Shown here: piece by piece, positions 1-11,882 of the stretch
Layout of the letters: every line of letters starts with the position of its first letter
Numbering within the stretch: position 1 is the first letter of the stretch
Virus record (IMG/VR): IMGVR_UViG_3300032285_001177
Reading direction: 5' to 3' (one strand)
Length of the DNA: 64,000 bases
Source of the DNA: a virus
The notes under the pieces: generated by a model
What the model saw: the letters and a program-made list of their open reading frames with translations, nothing else
Database searches by the model: none
What the model was told of the DNA's origin: nothing
Program-made: the position numbers and the translations under genes

Positions 1-261
1 ACCTTGTGCAGAGACAGACCCGCACGAGATCTCATCACCTATACGAGTTACACCTTTACCGTTTACAAATACCTTTGATGATACTGTCTTTGATACACCA
101 TCATGACAGATGATCGTACAGCAATGGGTTTCCCATGGATCGTCTTTACGTACCACTCCTAATCCATTTACAAAGACGTTAGTACTACCTGAGACGGCAT
201 GCCTCGGCGGAAAACATCCATGACCTGAACATATATCAGTAACTCTTGTAACTGCTGGCAT
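1..261 (-). CDS. PAAR-domain spike tip protein (T4 gp5.4-like), runs off the window edge
   Basis: Not in the ORF track. Manual translation gives [19 protein letters not shown]...VFVNGLGVVRKDDPWETHCC...VFVNGKGVTRIGDEISCGSVSAQG, i.e. PAAR repeats with Cys/His. Its ATG overlaps the TAA of the upstream fibre gene. Confidence 0.9.
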   Translation of the reverse strand, partial: MPAVTRVTDICSGHGCFPPRHAVSGSTNVFVNGLGVVRKDDPWETHCCTIICHDGVSKTVSSKVFVNGKGVTRIGDEISCGSVSAQG

Positions 262-3200
262 TAGTTATGTGCTCCTTGCATAGCTAGTACGGTATAAGTT
301 GGAGCTGTAGAAGTTTTAATGATGGTGAAGTCATACTTATCGATACCCACACTTCCTGCAGTTGGTGCTCCAACTGGTACACCAGTTCTTAAAGAAACCC
401 ATTTAGTCGTAACACCAGTGGCTGTACCATCAATAGTAACTGAGTTAGTATAAGTTGTTGTGACTGTATTTGTACTGAGTAAAGATACGTTTAATGTATC
501 ACCTACTGCCATCAATGAATTTAATGACGCAGTAGAATTTCCTCTAAAGTTAGTAATCCATGTTGTGGTTGCTGCAATTGTAGAATACCAACTTTGATAT
601 AATTGTGTATCAAAGTTAACTGTTGCAGTTGGAGCTGTAGGACTAATAAATGTATAGTCAACTATGTTATTACCGTTCTTAACACCAAATGCCGTTATAC
701 CTGTAGCAGCAAATGTTTGTAATGCAGTAAAGTTATATGCTGTTGCAGTATTAATTAAACCTGTAGAACCAGTTAAACCTGTGCTACCTTGCGGACCTGT
801 TAAACCAGTACTTCCTGTCGGACCGGTTAAACCCGTACTTCCTGTCAAACCTGTTGAACCTGGTGCACTAGGACCGGTTGCTCCTGTTGCACCGATAGCA
901 CCAATAGTTGATGCAACTTGCCATGTATTTCCATCATATATGAAGTATATTAATGCATCATATACATCTGCTATAAGATCTTGTGTTAGACCTTTAATAG
1001 TTGAACCATTTGCTAGTACAGTTAATGGGTTTGTTCTAAAGTTTGCACCATCTTGTATGATAAGGATATTACCAAGAGTTGGTGATGGAGGTAAAGCTAC
1101 AGAGAATGATCCAGCTGTTGTCTTAGCTATGATCTGATCGCCGTTTAATAGCTGTGTTGCACCTGTAATTGTTTTCCATGGTGTTAATATACCCATTGGA
1201 CCAGTAGATCCTGTTAAACCTATTGGACCTGTTGCACCACTTGCACCTGACGCTCCACTAGCTCCTTGATAACCTGTAGCACCTGACGAACCTTGTACAC
1301 CAGTTGCACCTGATGCACCGCTTGCTCCTTGTAAACCTGAAGCTCCTTGAGTACCTGTTGCACCTGAGGCACCTGTAGATCCTGTTGCACCATAAACACC
1401 GGTCGCACCTACAGGACCATCATAACCAGTTGAACCTGTATAACCTGTGGCACCAATGTTACCTTGTGGACCAGTAGATCCTGTATAACCCGTAGCCCCT
1501 GTAGCACCTGTATATCCTGTCGCACCTGTGGCTCCTGTTAAACCGGTCGAACCACTTGCACCTTGGAAACCTGTAGCACCTGTTGAACCTGTTACACCAG
1601 ATGCACCAGTTGCACCAGTACTTCCCGTTAAACCTGTAGAACCTGATGCACCTTGGAACCCTGTGGCTCCAGTAGCTCCTGTAAATCCTGTTGCTCCACT
1701 AGCACCAATTGGTCCCGCTAATTGTATCGACCAGCCAGTGAATGTTCCAGATCCGAATGTATTATCAACATTAATTGTAAGTGTTGTACCACCAAATGAT
1801 TGAACTGCACCTTCCATCCACTGATTTGTTGGGTTAGTAGTTCTTGCAGCTCTAACTCTTGATCCAACACCATAGGCAGAGAATGCAGAACCAACTGTTG
1901 TAGTAAAGCTTATTGTACCAGTAGCTATAGTACGGCTACTATTAGAAATTAATGTGGTGTATCCAAGACCAGTTGCACCAATACCGGTTGAACCTATAGG
2001 ACCAGTTGATCCACTAGCTCCTTGAAAACCTGTAGCACCACTTGCTCCAGTAATACCAGTCGCTCCACTTGCACCATCAATGCCGGTTGCACCTGTCGAA
2101 CCTGTGTATCCTGTGGCACCTGTACTTCCTGTTAAACCAGTCGATCCGCTTGCACCTTGGTAACCAGTTGCACCTGTAGCACCAGTATAACCTGTTGCAC
2201 CAACAGGACCAGTAGATCCAGTGGCACCGGTAGCACCAGTATATCCGGTGGCACCTGTAGCTCCTGTCATACCAGTTGCACCAGACGCTCCGCTTGCACC
2301 CGTCGCACCAGTTGAGCCAGTAAATCCTGTGGCGCCAGTGGCTCCTGTAAATCCTGTTGCTCCACTAGCTCCGCTTGCACCAGGGAATCCTGTGGCACCA
2401 GATGCACCGCTTGCACCGTCAACACCTGTTGAACCTTGTACACCAACAGAACCAGATAAGTTAACTGACCATGTGTTATAAGTTCCGGAACCAGCATCAC
2501 CGGTTCTTAATATGTTTAGTTGACCAGTAACTTGATCATATGACACTACAGTTGCATATTGAATATTATTGATATCATGAGCGATGATAACAGTTTGGCC
2601 AGTTGAATAGTTATAAGCTAATCCTGCAGCAACAGTAATTCCAGTCGCACCGCTTGTAGCAAGAGTTAAAGTAGATGTAGATGTAGTTGAGTAACGATCA
2701 CCATCTGCACCTTTTGGACCTGTAGATCCGGTAGATCCTGTATACCCCGTTGCACCAGTACTTCCTGTTAAACCTGTGCTACCGCTAGCTCCTTGGAAAC
2801 CTGTGGCTCCAGTTGAACCAGTATAACCTGTGGCACCTGTGGCACCAGTATAACCTGTAGCTCCACTCGCACCTTGATAACCAGTGGCACCGGTTGAGCC
2901 TGTTAAACCTGTACTACCGCTAGCTCCTTGATAACCAGTTGCACCTGTGGCACCAATGATACCATCTGGACCTTGTTGACCCGTTGCTCCTGTTAAACCA
3001 GTAGAACCTGAAGCACCTTGGAAACCCGTGGCTCCACTTGCACCAGATGCACCATCAATACCAGTTGCACCACTAATACCTGTTGCGCCTTTTGAACCTG
3101 TGGCACCAGTTAAACCGGTTGAACCACTAGCTCCTTGATAACCTGTAGCTCCACTTGCACCATCACTACCTGTGGCACCAGTCGAACCTGTGTATCCTGT

Positions 3201-3458
3201 GGCACCGGTAGTTCCTAATGTACCTGTCGCACCAGCACCGCTTGCACCGCGTGGACCTTGAGGACCGGTCGCACCTGTTAAACCTATAGGACCAGTTGCA
3301 CCTGGAACATCAGATATACCAGTTGCACCAGTAGCACCCTGTGGACCTGTAGAACCAGTTGCACCTGGAACATCAGATATACCAGTTGCACCAGTAGCAC
3401 CTTTTGCACCAGTTAAGGTGTTATGCGCTAAGTCTCTTAAGCTAATCAATCCTGTCAT
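261..3458 (-). CDS. Collagen-like long tail fibre protein
   Basis: Long Gly-X-Y runs (GAT/GST/GAS) interrupted by two related globular modules, followed by a fibre domain ending YDGNTWQV and a Thr-rich C-terminal domain; located in the tail module. Confidence 0.8.
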   Translation of the reverse strand: MTGLISLRDLAHNTLTGAKGATGATGISDVPGATGSTGPQGATGATGISDVPGATGPIGLTGATGPQGPRGASGAGATGTLGTTGATGYTGSTGATGSDGASGATGYQGASGSTGLTGATGSKGATGISGATGIDGASGASGATGFQGASGSTGLTGATGQQGPDGIIGATGATGYQGASGSTGLTGSTGATGYQGASGATGYTGATGATGYTGSTGATGFQGASGSTGLTGSTGATGYTGSTGSTGPKGADGDRYSTTSTSTLTLATSGATGITVAAGLAYNYSTGQTVIIAHDINNIQYATVVSYDQVTGQLNILRTGDAGSGTYNTWSVNLSGSVGVQGSTGVDGASGASGATGFPGASGASGATGFTGATGATGFTGSTGATGASGASGATGMTGATGATGYTGATGATGSTGPVGATGYTGATGATGYQGASGSTGLTGSTGATGYTGSTGATGIDGASGATGITGASGATGFQGASGSTGPIGSTGIGATGLGYTTLISNSSRTIATGTISFTTTVGSAFSAYGVGSRVRAARTTNPTNQWMEGAVQSFGGTTLTINVDNTFGSGTFTGWSIQLAGPIGASGATGFTGATGATGFQGASGSTGLTGSTGATGASGVTGSTGATGFQGASGSTGLTGATGATGYTGATGATGYTGSTGPQGNIGATGYTGSTGYDGPVGATGVYGATGSTGASGATGTQGASGLQGASGASGATGVQGSSGATGYQGASGASGASGATGPIGLTGSTGPMGILTPWKTITGATQLLNGDQIIAKTTAGSFSVALPPSPTLGNILIIQDGANFRTNPLTVLANGSTIKGLTQDLIADVYDALIYFIYDGNTWQVASTIGAIGATGATGPSAPGSTGLTGSTGLTGPTGSTGLTGPQGSTGLTGSTGLINTATAYNFTALQTFAATGITAFGVKNGNNIVDYTFISPTAPTATVNFDTQLYQSWYSTIAATTTWITNFRGNSTASLNSLMAVGDTLNVSLLSTNTVTTTYTNSVTIDGTATGVTTKWVSLRTGVPVGAPTAGSVGIDKYDFTIIKTSTAPTYTVLAMQGAHN
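3291..3401. repeat. 48-bp perfect direct repeat (3291-3338 and 3354-3401)
   Basis: accagttgcacctggaacatcagatataccagttgcaccagtagcacc occurs twice and encodes [16 protein letters not shown]. Confidence 0.9.
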
Positions 3459-3460
3459 TT

Positions 3461-3673
3461 TTATGGTCCCTGAAACTGCTCTGTCTCAATCACTGGAAAC
3501 AGATTAAATGTTTTATTTTCTTCATCATACCAATATTGGTCTGCCACTATATCGTCATCGCAATCTACCCAAACTAAACCTTCATGAACTGGAAACGTAG
3601 CATCCTCTACCTGTGCTACACGGTATCCACCTTGTCTTATCTCGTTCATCGATATTAATGCTTTGCGTGACAT
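3461..3673 (-). CDS. Small acidic fibre-associated protein (possible chaperone)
   Basis: The MSRKALIS start at 3673 has a GGAG RBS; the gene lies between two fibre genes. Confidence 0.55.
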   Translation of the reverse strand: MSRKALISMNEIRQGGYRVAQVEDATFPVHEGLVWVDCDDDIVADQYWYDEENKTFNLFPVIETEQFQGP

Positions 3674-3680
3674 AATTCTC

Positions 3681-5342
3681 CTATGCGTATTCGTATACAA
3701 CTATAATTCCGTTACCGCCAGATCCACCATATGATGTACCACCTTGACCACCACCGCCACCACCTCCAACAGTGCCTGCACCCGGAGGAGTACCGTTTGC
3801 GCCGCCTTGTCCACCGCCTGCACCCATAAATCCAGCTCCACCAGATCCACCGCCACCGACAGCATAGATACCGCCAGCTGATGCACTACCACCTGATCCT
3901 ACCATGTTCAAGTCCCCACCTGAACCAACTCCGCCGGCACCACCATAACCTGCACCAGTATTACTACCACCAGTTCCGCCTTGTGAACCACCTGTTGCAC
4001 TTACAAAGTTACCAAATGATGATGTACCTGATGGTGAACCTACTTGAAGATTAACTGTTCCACCTAAAGCAGACGTAGCTAGACGAATTATTGCTTGTCC
4101 ACCAGCTCCACCACCTCCACCACCATAACGATAAGATCCGTTTTGTAAACCGTTACCGCCAGCACCACCACCTCCAACTACATGAACTACTACGTATGTT
4201 GGACTATTTGTAGCGGGATTATATGTATATTGGCCTGGAACATCAAACTTAGTGATAGCTATCAATGATCCAGCAGCTCGATCGCTTACTGCACCTGATG
4301 CACCTTGTGGACCAGTAGATCCAACATCACCAGGTCTACCTTGTTCTCCTTGTGGCCCTGTTGCTCCAATTCCTGAAGCACCTTGAGTTCCTGTTGCACC
4401 GCTTGCACCTGTATCTCCAGTTAAACCTGTGGAACCACTCGCACCTAATGGACCAGTAGAACCTTGCACTCCTGTTGCACCTTGTGGACCGATAGATCCT
4501 GTATAACCGGTGGCACCAGTATAACCTTGAGTTCCTGTAGCACCGCTTGCTCCATCACTACCAACATAACCTGATGCACCAGTTAAACCTGTTGCACCAA
4601 TACCTGTTGCTCCACTTGCACCATTAATACCTTGAATGCCTTGATCACCTTGTGGACCAGTAGATCCGGTGTAACCCGTAGCACCTGATGCACCGATTAC
4701 ACCCTGAATACCTTGTGAGCCTGTTGCTCCACGTACACCCTGAATACCTTGAATGCCTTGCACACCTTGAATACCAGTTGCACCAGCAATACCTGTTAAA
4801 CCTGTAGAACCTCTGCCACCAGTTGCACCGCTTGCGCCTTGAATACCTTGAGGACCTGTTGAACCTGTTGCACCTGCAATACCAACTGTTGTGGTAACTT
4901 GCCACGTATATCCATCATATACGACCCAAACCATGACATCTCGTATGTCTATTAATAGATCGTCGTCAAGGCCTTCTATCGTATGACCGTTTGATATTAA
5001 TGTTACTGGATAAGTTGAGAAGTCTCCACCATCTTGAATTAATAAGTTTGTACCTAATATCGGGTTTGCTGGCAATACGATATCAAATGCACCTTGAGAC
5101 GTATCAGCGATGACTTGTCTACTTGATGTATATGTGGTTGTGCCAGTAATACGTTCCCAACCTGGTGCAGGTGGTAACACCCATGATCTATTTCCAGATG
5201 TATCAGATGCTAAGATATACCCGTCATACGGTGGTACACCTAAGTCCGGTTCAGTTTCGGCAAGCTCAATGAAGGTATGTCTAACCTCAGAAACCTGAGT
5301 AGACGGTATCTTCTTGACTTTACCTGATAGTAATCTAGCCAT
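3681..5342 (-). CDS. Collagen-like fibre protein with C-terminal glycine-rich domain
   Basis: N-terminal fibre domain (YDGYTWQV), then Gly-X-Y repeats, then a VVGGGGAGG...[11 protein letters not shown] glycine-rich tip. Confidence 0.8.
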   Translation of the reverse strand: MARLLSGKVKKIPSTQVSEVRHTFIELAETEPDLGVPPYDGYILASDTSGNRSWVLPPAPGWERITGTTTYTSSRQVIADTSQGAFDIVLPANPILGTNLLIQDGGDFSTYPVTLISNGHTIEGLDDDLLIDIRDVMVWVVYDGYTWQVTTTVGIAGATGSTGPQGIQGASGATGGRGSTGLTGIAGATGIQGVQGIQGIQGVRGATGSQGIQGVIGASGATGYTGSTGPQGDQGIQGINGASGATGIGATGLTGASGYVGSDGASGATGTQGYTGATGYTGSIGPQGATGVQGSTGPLGASGSTGLTGDTGASGATGTQGASGIGATGPQGEQGRPGDVGSTGPQGASGAVSDRAAGSLIAITKFDVPGQYTYNPATNSPTYVVVHVVGGGGAGGNGLQNGSYRYGGGGGGAGGQAIIRLATSALGGTVNLQVGSPSGTSSFGNFVSATGGSQGGTGGSNTGAGYGGAGGVGSGGDLNMVGSGGSASAGGIYAVGGGGSGGAGFMGAGGGQGGANGTPPGAGTVGGGGGGGQGGTSYGGSGGNGIIVVYEYA

Positions 5343-5673
5343 TTACAGATTCCAACACGCTTAGTGTAATTTTTAATGAATGATCATCGCTGCCTTTAAC
5401 TAATAAAGAACCACCAGTTTCAAGTACAAGTTTACCAGTAATAGCAGATAACGCGTCATTACCTGGGATTGTAAAGTCTTTAACTAGTTCAGTAATAACA
5501 TTGGTAGTACCGTTCTTACTTGCAAATTCTACAGTTAAAGGGCCGCTTGTAATATTAGCTATCTGAGCCATCAAGATAATAGCAGACTTACCGGCTGGAG
5601 CAGTGTAAATAGTATCGAGCGTTGTCGTGATCTCGTATGTTACGGTCTTAAAGACGTTTAATGCTATAGCCAT
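5335..5673 (-). CDS. Small virion/fibre-associated protein
   Basis: 112 aa, beta-rich; overlaps both flanking fibre genes. Confidence 0.5.
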   Translation of the reverse strand: MAIALNVFKTVTYEITTTLDTIYTAPAGKSAIILMAQIANITSGPLTVEFASKNGTTNVITELVKDFTIPGNDALSAITGKLVLETGGSLLVKGSDDHSLKITLSVLESVNG

Positions 5674-8237
5674 TATGCGGTTCCTTCGATTGCTAAAATG
5701 TATGGTGTTAAGATGGCAAACAAGCTCTTATCAAAAGAGGTTCCTGAAATAATACCATCTGCTCTGTTAATTAATAATCCTGTACCGATCCTAAAGTTAC
5801 CTTGTTCATCAGTACTTGTAAATACTACCTGACCACCGTTTGTTTGTACGACTTGGTTTGCAGCAATAGGTATGCCACCTAGTTGCGGTAAACACTTAGT
5901 GATGTCATTACCTGAACCAACATACTCCATAGTATGGTCAGATGTAGATATAAAACTTCTTCTATAAAACTTAACTTCAGTATTGTCAGCTATAGGTGCT
6001 GTATCTGGTATAGTTTCTAATATCCTAACAATAGATGTACCTGTACCAGCATCTAAGTTCGCTGGAGTTACACTAGGCCCATTAGTAACAATATCATTTA
6101 TAGTAGATATCAAATTACTTATAGTGCTTCCCGCTACAGAACCACCAGACTTTGTGAAGTCATATTGTTGTGCATGGGTTTGTAGTCCACCTAATAAGTT
6201 ACCTGCACTTGAATTATCAATGATATAATTAGCTATACTACCAAGGTATGAAAAGCCATCAGTTGATGGTTTAATCAAAGATGGTATAGGATCGATCGCT
6301 GCATACCAATATTTTAATACTGCATCAACAACCTTTTGATTACCACCAAACTTCGTGTCATTTGCTATCTTATCTACAAAAGTTCCGACATCTCGATAAC
6401 ATAAATCTTTATCATATGTATAACCAGGATTTTGCTGGTCTATGTAAGCTATGACTTGTTCTTGTATGAATGATTTGTTTAGTAATAATAGATCTGCTGC
6501 ATTACTGTATCCCAACCTTGATGAAGGAGCAGTAAGTTCTCCAGCAACATCAACAGTATACCATGTAGTTCCATTATCAACCGTTATTGCATCTCCAACG
6601 CTTGGTCTAAACTCAAGCTCATCAATGACTAATACCGAACCAATCTGATCTACACCATTACTTCTACCGATTTGTTTTACTGGACTATGTCCATCTGCAA
6701 CTAACCCATATGTACCAAACGATGAGTTAGAGTTCGTAATAGAACAGTAACCACCGTTAGTAGCCCATACTGCAATTTGGGTACAAATAGTGAATATAGA
6801 AACTAGCTGTGCGTATGCTTCGTTATCGATATGGATACCGATACCGCCTTGATTGTATTGTGTGAACGCATCGAATACCATTGACTTAAGTCCATCGACA
6901 GCATTACCATCGATGTATACACCTTTACCCGCAGTCTCTCCGTTTGGACCAGGGCCATTCAATGATGTACAGTTTTGTACATATGGGCTTCGTTTAATAT
7001 ATGCAGGAACTGCTGTGATTTTACCAGCGTTATCTCTTGGTGGATATGCAATGGCAGCAGCAGGGTTTAAGTGACCGCTAAACGTGAATCCCCAAATGTA
7101 ACTTCCCATATTAACATGGAATATATCTTCGACAGGATGTAAAGGTTTAATTGTAGTTGTTCTAAGGTTATCACCTATGATTGCAACTTCATATGGTACT
7201 ACAACTGGATTGTTTTCAATGTATTCACCAGACTTAACAAAGATAGTTGTGTTTGCTGTGGCTACTGAACATGCTTTCTTAATCGTAGCGAATGAGTCTG
7301 CTAATGACTGTCCACTATTTGAATCTGATCCACTCTTAGAAACATATAGTACGTTTAATACTACGCCTTGGGCTCCAGTTGCACCTGATGCACCTTGAAT
7401 ACCTGTTGAACCTGAAGCTCCTTGATAACCAGTAGCTCCTGTTGCACCCGTGTAACCTGTTGCACCAGTACTTCCTGTTAAACCAGTCGATCCACTTGCA
7501 CCCCTAATACCAGTTGCACCTGTGGCTCCAGTATAACCAGTGGCTCCTGTTGCTCCATCTGGCCCGGTGGATCCAGTCGCTCCAGTATAACCAGTTGCAC
7601 CTGTGGCACCAGTTGGACCGGTTGCACCTGTGGCTCCACTCGCACCTATAGGACCTGTTGATCCTGTGGCACCAGTGGCACCTATAAATCCTGTTGCACC
7701 TGTGGCTCCTGTTAAACCAGTCGAACCACTAGCGCCTTGAGTTCCTGTCGCGCCGCTTGCACCTGTTGCTCCAGTTGCACCGACTGGACCAGTAGAACCT
7801 GATGCACCTTGTACACCAGTTGCGCCACTAGCTCCTGAAGCTCCTTGATATCCACTAGCACCTTGCACACCTGTAGAACCTGATGCACCTTGAATACCCG
7901 TCGCACCAGTTGCACCTACATAACCGCGTGGTCCTTGAATACCTGTTGCACCTGTATATCCTGTTGCACCGGTAGCACCTGATGCACCTTGTGGGCCCGA
8001 TGCACCACCGGTAGGACCTTGTGGACCAGTTGTACCTGGAACACCTATTGAACCTGTTGCACCAATACTACCTTGTATACCACCATATGGAAGTGCTGTC
8101 CATGTAAGTACGCCATCACCTATCTTAAATTGATGTGTGTCTAATTCGAGACCGACTTCACCTTCTGCAAGAACTGGGTTTGATGCAACCCATTCTGCTG
8201 CAGTACCGCGTCTAAGTTGTAATTGTATATAAGCCAT
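5673..8237 (-). CDS. Tail fibre/spike: Mtd/hyaluronidase-type N-terminal anchor, collagen stalk, pectin-lyase-like beta-helix region
   Basis: [32 protein letters not shown]-terminus; Gly-X-Y run; [14 protein letters not shown]...TIKKAC...IFVKSGEY beta-helix cap motif. Confidence 0.75.
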   Translation of the reverse strand: MAYIQLQLRRGTAAEWVASNPVLAEGEVGLELDTHQFKIGDGVLTWTALPYGGIQGSIGATGSIGVPGTTGPQGPTGGASGPQGASGATGATGYTGATGIQGPRGYVGATGATGIQGASGSTGVQGASGYQGASGASGATGVQGASGSTGPVGATGATGASGATGTQGASGSTGLTGATGATGFIGATGATGSTGPIGASGATGATGPTGATGATGYTGATGSTGPDGATGATGYTGATGATGIRGASGSTGLTGSTGATGYTGATGATGYQGASGSTGIQGASGATGAQGVVLNVLYVSKSGSDSNSGQSLADSFATIKKACSVATANTTIFVKSGEYIENNPVVVPYEVAIIGDNLRTTTIKPLHPVEDIFHVNMGSYIWGFTFSGHLNPAAAIAYPPRDNAGKITAVPAYIKRSPYVQNCTSLNGPGPNGETAGKGVYIDGNAVDGLKSMVFDAFTQYNQGGIGIHIDNEAYAQLVSIFTICTQIAVWATNGGYCSITNSNSSFGTYGLVADGHSPVKQIGRSNGVDQIGSVLVIDELEFRPSVGDAITVDNGTTWYTVDVAGELTAPSSRLGYSNAADLLLLNKSFIQEQVIAYIDQQNPGYTYDKDLCYRDVGTFVDKIANDTKFGGNQKVVDAVLKYWYAAIDPIPSLIKPSTDGFSYLGSIANYIIDNSSAGNLLGGLQTHAQQYDFTKSGGSVAGSTISNLISTINDIVTNGPSVTPANLDAGTGTSIVRILETIPDTAPIADNTEVKFYRRSFISTSDHTMEYVGSGNDITKCLPQLGGIPIAANQVVQTNGGQVVFTSTDEQGNFRIGTGLLINRADGIISGTSFDKSLFAILTPYILAIEGTA

Positions 8238-8428
8238 TAAACCACATGTCCTGCGTCAAATGCTGCGCCTGTTGGAGGGAATGTAGCAGGAAGACCACCG
8301 TCTAATGCAAGAGTGGCACCACCACCAGCTGCGGCAGCAAGAGCTGCAAAGTTATCGTCAAGATCCTTTAATGGGATCGATCCAGTCATATGCTGGAAGG
8401 TATATGGTAGTGTTATAGGTGTTGTCAT
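8237..8428 (-). CDS. Hypothetical small tail-region protein
   Basis: 63 aa; start and stop overlap both neighbours. Confidence 0.5.
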   Translation of the reverse strand: MTTPITLPYTFQHMTGSIPLKDLDDNFAALAAAAGGGATLALDGGLPATFPPTGAAFDAGHVV

Positions 8429-9465
8429 AGGTTACTATTTTCCCAGTCTACTGCTTCTAATACGTTGTTTATCCATGTAACTTTATCACTATTACTATTT
8501 ATCCATTGTACCAGATAGTCTTTCTGATATTTCGTTAAATTAGTGTACTTAATTAGTTGGTTCCTACCGCTATTCCAGTCATTATCCACGTTAATATGAT
8601 ATGTTTGGCCTGTTACATAGTTAGCTGATATAGCAGCATAAAATGTACCAACTGACATAGAACCATCCCCATATAATGTTGTATTTGATAGATCTAAAGT
8701 AAAAGTAAGCGTTTTGCCATCTGAACTAGTAACTATTTTTCTACCTGGGTTATTAGTAAAACTATTAGATCCTACATTTATTTGGCCTGAATTATTCTTA
8801 CCATAAACACCAGCGCCTGCATTATAATTTTCTGATGGTGCAAACTCTATCTCAAGCTTTTCTGTATATTTGCATGTACCACCACTTGTTACTATAACTC
8901 TACAGTTACTTAATATAGTAGCATAGTCATAAGTCTTATCAGCGCCACCTACAAATAATCCATTTGCATCTGTCAATGAAACTGTTGCAACACCATTAAC
9001 AAAAGCCACGTTTAAGTACGTCATAGTTAATGGCGAAGGAGATACTGATGCAACATAGTCATATATTATCCTTGTCCTAGTATCTGCTTTATAGTAATAA
9101 AGCTCTGAAAAGGTATTGTTAGCTATCGCTAAAGCTATATCTTTCCATTTTTTTGTTGTAACAAATTGGTCATCTTTTGTTCTATACTTAATCTGGTTGT
9201 CAAAACAATCTGTATAGTATCCAGTAATCTTGTTACCAGAAACAATAACAGATGGAACATCTTTAACAGCTGTTAAGATTACCTCTCTTGCTGTAGTGTA
9301 CGTTGCGGCTCCAGATGATCCGCTTCCAGCAGTTTGTAACCAACCTTTATTTGGATCATAACTAAACCCAGCATTTGGTTGTGTATCAACATAAGTTACA
9401 GCAACTCTATCTAAGTTCTGTTCTAAACCTACAGTCGTAAGAGTTGTATTTTCTGGTGAGAACAT
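8425..9465 (-). CDS. Hypothetical protein, probably virion-associated
   Basis: 346 aa, Asn/Thr-rich; coupled to the gp5 stop codon. Confidence 0.5.
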   Translation of the reverse strand: MFSPENTTLTTVGLEQNLDRVAVTYVDTQPNAGFSYDPNKGWLQTAGSGSSGAATYTTAREVILTAVKDVPSVIVSGNKITGYYTDCFDNQIKYRTKDDQFVTTKKWKDIALAIANNTFSELYYYKADTRTRIIYDYVASVSPSPLTMTYLNVAFVNGVATVSLTDANGLFVGGADKTYDYATILSNCRVIVTSGGTCKYTEKLEIEFAPSENYNAGAGVYGKNNSGQINVGSNSFTNNPGRKIVTSSDGKTLTFTLDLSNTTLYGDGSMSVGTFYAAISANYVTGQTYHINVDNDWNSGRNQLIKYTNLTKYQKDYLVQWINSNSDKVTWINNVLEAVDWENSNL

Positions 9466-11882
9466 TATGCAATCAGTGTGTATTGACCCATAGCACCATA
9501 GCGTTCATGGTCTCTCATCGTAAATGCCATCTTACGGGCTCCAGTGTATGCAAACGAGCAGTGGATCCAAACCGTAGTAGCGCCAGAATATTCAAGTATT
9601 AGTTGGTCATATGGAACTATCTGTTGTATAGCTTGAATAGCATCATACATCTTCTGTCTATTAAATCCTGGGATAACGATGTCTGCTGCTTGACCATTAT
9701 AGTGTTGTGATGTTTTACTTGAAGCAGCCACATCACCAGGTCTTCTAAATCCAGATGTAATGATCATGCTTGGATACAACTTAATGATAGGTTCAAGGCA
9801 GTTTTCAGCAAGGCCTTTAAGGTTACATACGATCTGTTGTGCAGTTAAACCAACTTGATCCACTGGCATACGTGTACCGTTTGCTGTCAGTGCACCTAAC
9901 GTAAAGTGATCTGATAGTTGTAGGTCAGCAGTAAACTTAGACATACCAAATATAACATCACAGCTTTGTGGTGCAGACGTTGCATTATTTGCTGGAGCCG
10001 AAGCTGATGCTTTTGGTGTACCTGAATTAATATCTGCTGGATCTAATGTACCGTCCGCGATCTGTTTAGCTTGATATGCAGCAGGATCTCCCTCTTCAGG
10101 AGTTTCATAGTGTGCTGCAGCTTGTGCACCACGAGTAATCACGATAAGATCTTCAAACACTGGTTCTTCAGGTTGTTGTGCTGGTGGTATAGTTAACTCA
10201 GTTTTGTTAGCAGAAGCAGCAGTACCATTACCAATGTCTGTTCGAACGCCATCGATGTTAACAGTTGCTCCAGCTAAAATGTGTGTTGCTGCAGCAGAGT
10301 TTAAGTTTAGTGAATTACCAGAATATACGTTTGTAACACCAGTTGATTCTAAATTAATAGATGCAGCCTTAACATTGTATGAACCTGTCACAGCAGTATT
10401 CATGTTACCAGCTACATTCATGTTCACGTTACCATAAACATCAAGGTTCATGTTGTTTTTAATCAACACATTACTGTCACCATCAATCGTAACGTTTGCA
10501 GCACCTTTAATATGTACAAACCCGTTACGTTCAAGGATCTCGTACTTATCACCAACTATACGCGTAACCTTTGTACCGTTGGCATCTATCTCCATATATG
10601 TACCAGTTTTATGGTAGAGATGGATACGTTCTGAGTTCTCTGTGTCGTCAAACTCCATAACATGACCAGACTCGGACATGAATACTTTATTGAATGGGTA
10701 TGTGGTGTTGTATGGTATGTGTGATTGATCCCAGCCTGTTGCACCCGGAATCGGTACACCTTTATCTCTTGCTAGTTCTTTCTTATAGACGATCGTCTTC
10801 TTGATATCTTCATGTCTTGCAAGCTTATTAGTATCTGGTTCGTTTAAGTAAAGTGGGTACTTACCTTTTGGATCTTTAAAACCAAGTATAACGTTTGTGC
10901 CGCTGTTAGCTGTACCTGATGGGTTTGCTGGATCAGTTCCAACTGGTGCCACAGGTGGGGTGTTTACAGGTGTTACATCACCTGATACGTTTGGGATACC
11001 ATCTTTAAGGTATAGTGTTTGTTCAGCTGAACGACGTCTTGTTAAACCAGCAAGTACTTGTCCACCAGCTTTATTCCAATCCATAAAGTTGGTTGCAGCT
11101 TGTGTATAGTTTGTAGCGTCTGTGTTTTGTTTTAGTGTAGACTTACCAAATGCACCCGATCCAATGTTATATGTTAGACAACACATAGCATCAAACATAG
11201 ATTGTGTGATAGGAGCTTTAACCTTTTGGATAGCTGGAGCTACCTTAGTATTGATATGTGCTAGTAAGTATTCTTCTGCTTGTGCATCTGTAATGGTCAT
11301 ACCTGCAACAACAGGAGATCCATTAATCATCGTTGTACCATACCCAATAGTCCATATACCTACAGAATCTTGGTATGATGTTAAGCGCTTACCTTCAAAC
11401 TGTTTAATTAGGTTGACGGCATCAGCTGATGCAGTATATGAACTTGCGGCGTTTAATGTTGAGGGTGCTGATGTTGGTGTTGAAGATGTATTAGTAACTG
11501 TATTACCATTGTTATCAGTCGTTGTTTGACCATCAGAACCAGGCAACATACCATCTGCCTTGAGGATCATCTGATCATCGTCTTGATCTACAGTTCCTTG
11601 TTGTTGCGGTATACCACCTACAGAACCAAGCATGATAGGTTGTTGTTCGTCTTCATCTCTAAACATGATGACGACCCATGTTCCTTCAACTGGACCGATA
11701 GGAGTGTGACCGATACCTGAGATACCAGCTGAAGTGATTGGTTGCATAGGATATGCCCATGGCAAGTCCTCAGTCTTTAGCTGTGACTTATCATAGTTAT
11801 GCAGACCAACAACACGAACTTGGCATCTACCAAGTTTTAATGGGTCTTGTCTATTCTCTACGCATCCTGTGTATAACTTCAT
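9465..11882 (-). CDS. gp5: Baseplate central spike gp5: OB-fold, GH24 lysozyme, beta-helix, C-terminal M15 Zn-peptidase
   Basis: VENRQDPLKLGRCQVRVVGLH (gp5 N-terminus); FEGKRLTSYQDSVGIWTIGYG (lysozyme E-D-T triad); SESGHVMEFDDT plus beta-helix repeats; ITSGFRR..SQH..GQAADI..WIHCS (M15). Confidence 0.9.
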   Translation of the reverse strand: MKLYTGCVENRQDPLKLGRCQVRVVGLHNYDKSQLKTEDLPWAYPMQPITSAGISGIGHTPIGPVEGTWVVIMFRDEDEQQPIMLGSVGGIPQQQGTVDQDDDQMILKADGMLPGSDGQTTTDNNGNTVTNTSSTPTSAPSTLNAASSYTASADAVNLIKQFEGKRLTSYQDSVGIWTIGYGTTMINGSPVVAGMTITDAQAEEYLLAHINTKVAPAIQKVKAPITQSMFDAMCCLTYNIGSGAFGKSTLKQNTDATNYTQAATNFMDWNKAGGQVLAGLTRRRSAEQTLYLKDGIPNVSGDVTPVNTPPVAPVGTDPANPSGTANSGTNVILGFKDPKGKYPLYLNEPDTNKLARHEDIKKTIVYKKELARDKGVPIPGATGWDQSHIPYNTTYPFNKVFMSESGHVMEFDDTENSERIHLYHKTGTYMEIDANGTKVTRIVGDKYEILERNGFVHIKGAANVTIDGDSNVLIKNNMNLDVYGNVNMNVAGNMNTAVTGSYNVKAASINLESTGVTNVYSGNSLNLNSAAATHILAGATVNIDGVRTDIGNGTAASANKTELTIPPAQQPEEPVFEDLIVITRGAQAAAHYETPEEGDPAAYQAKQIADGTLDPADINSGTPKASASAPANNATSAPQSCDVIFGMSKFTADLQLSDHFTLGALTANGTRMPVDQVGLTAQQIVCNLKGLAENCLEPIIKLYPSMIITSGFRRPGDVAASSKTSQHYNGQAADIVIPGFNRQKMYDAIQAIQQIVPYDQLILEYSGATTVWIHCSFAYTGARKMAFTMRDHERYGAMGQYTLIA

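Noticed and set aside
664-7915. Many + strand and alternative-frame ORFs (PVAPV-rich) over the fibre genes
   Set aside because: They are shadows of the Gly-X-Y codon periodicity, with no RBS or independent features.
900-8070. Repetitive DNA as a possible CRISPR array
   Set aside because: The repeats are degenerate 9-bp coding units, not constant repeats with unique spacers.
5673-8237. Diversity-generating retroelement suggested by the Mtd-like N-terminus
   Set aside because: No reverse transcriptase and no template/variable repeat pair in the window; the domain is a common fibre anchor.
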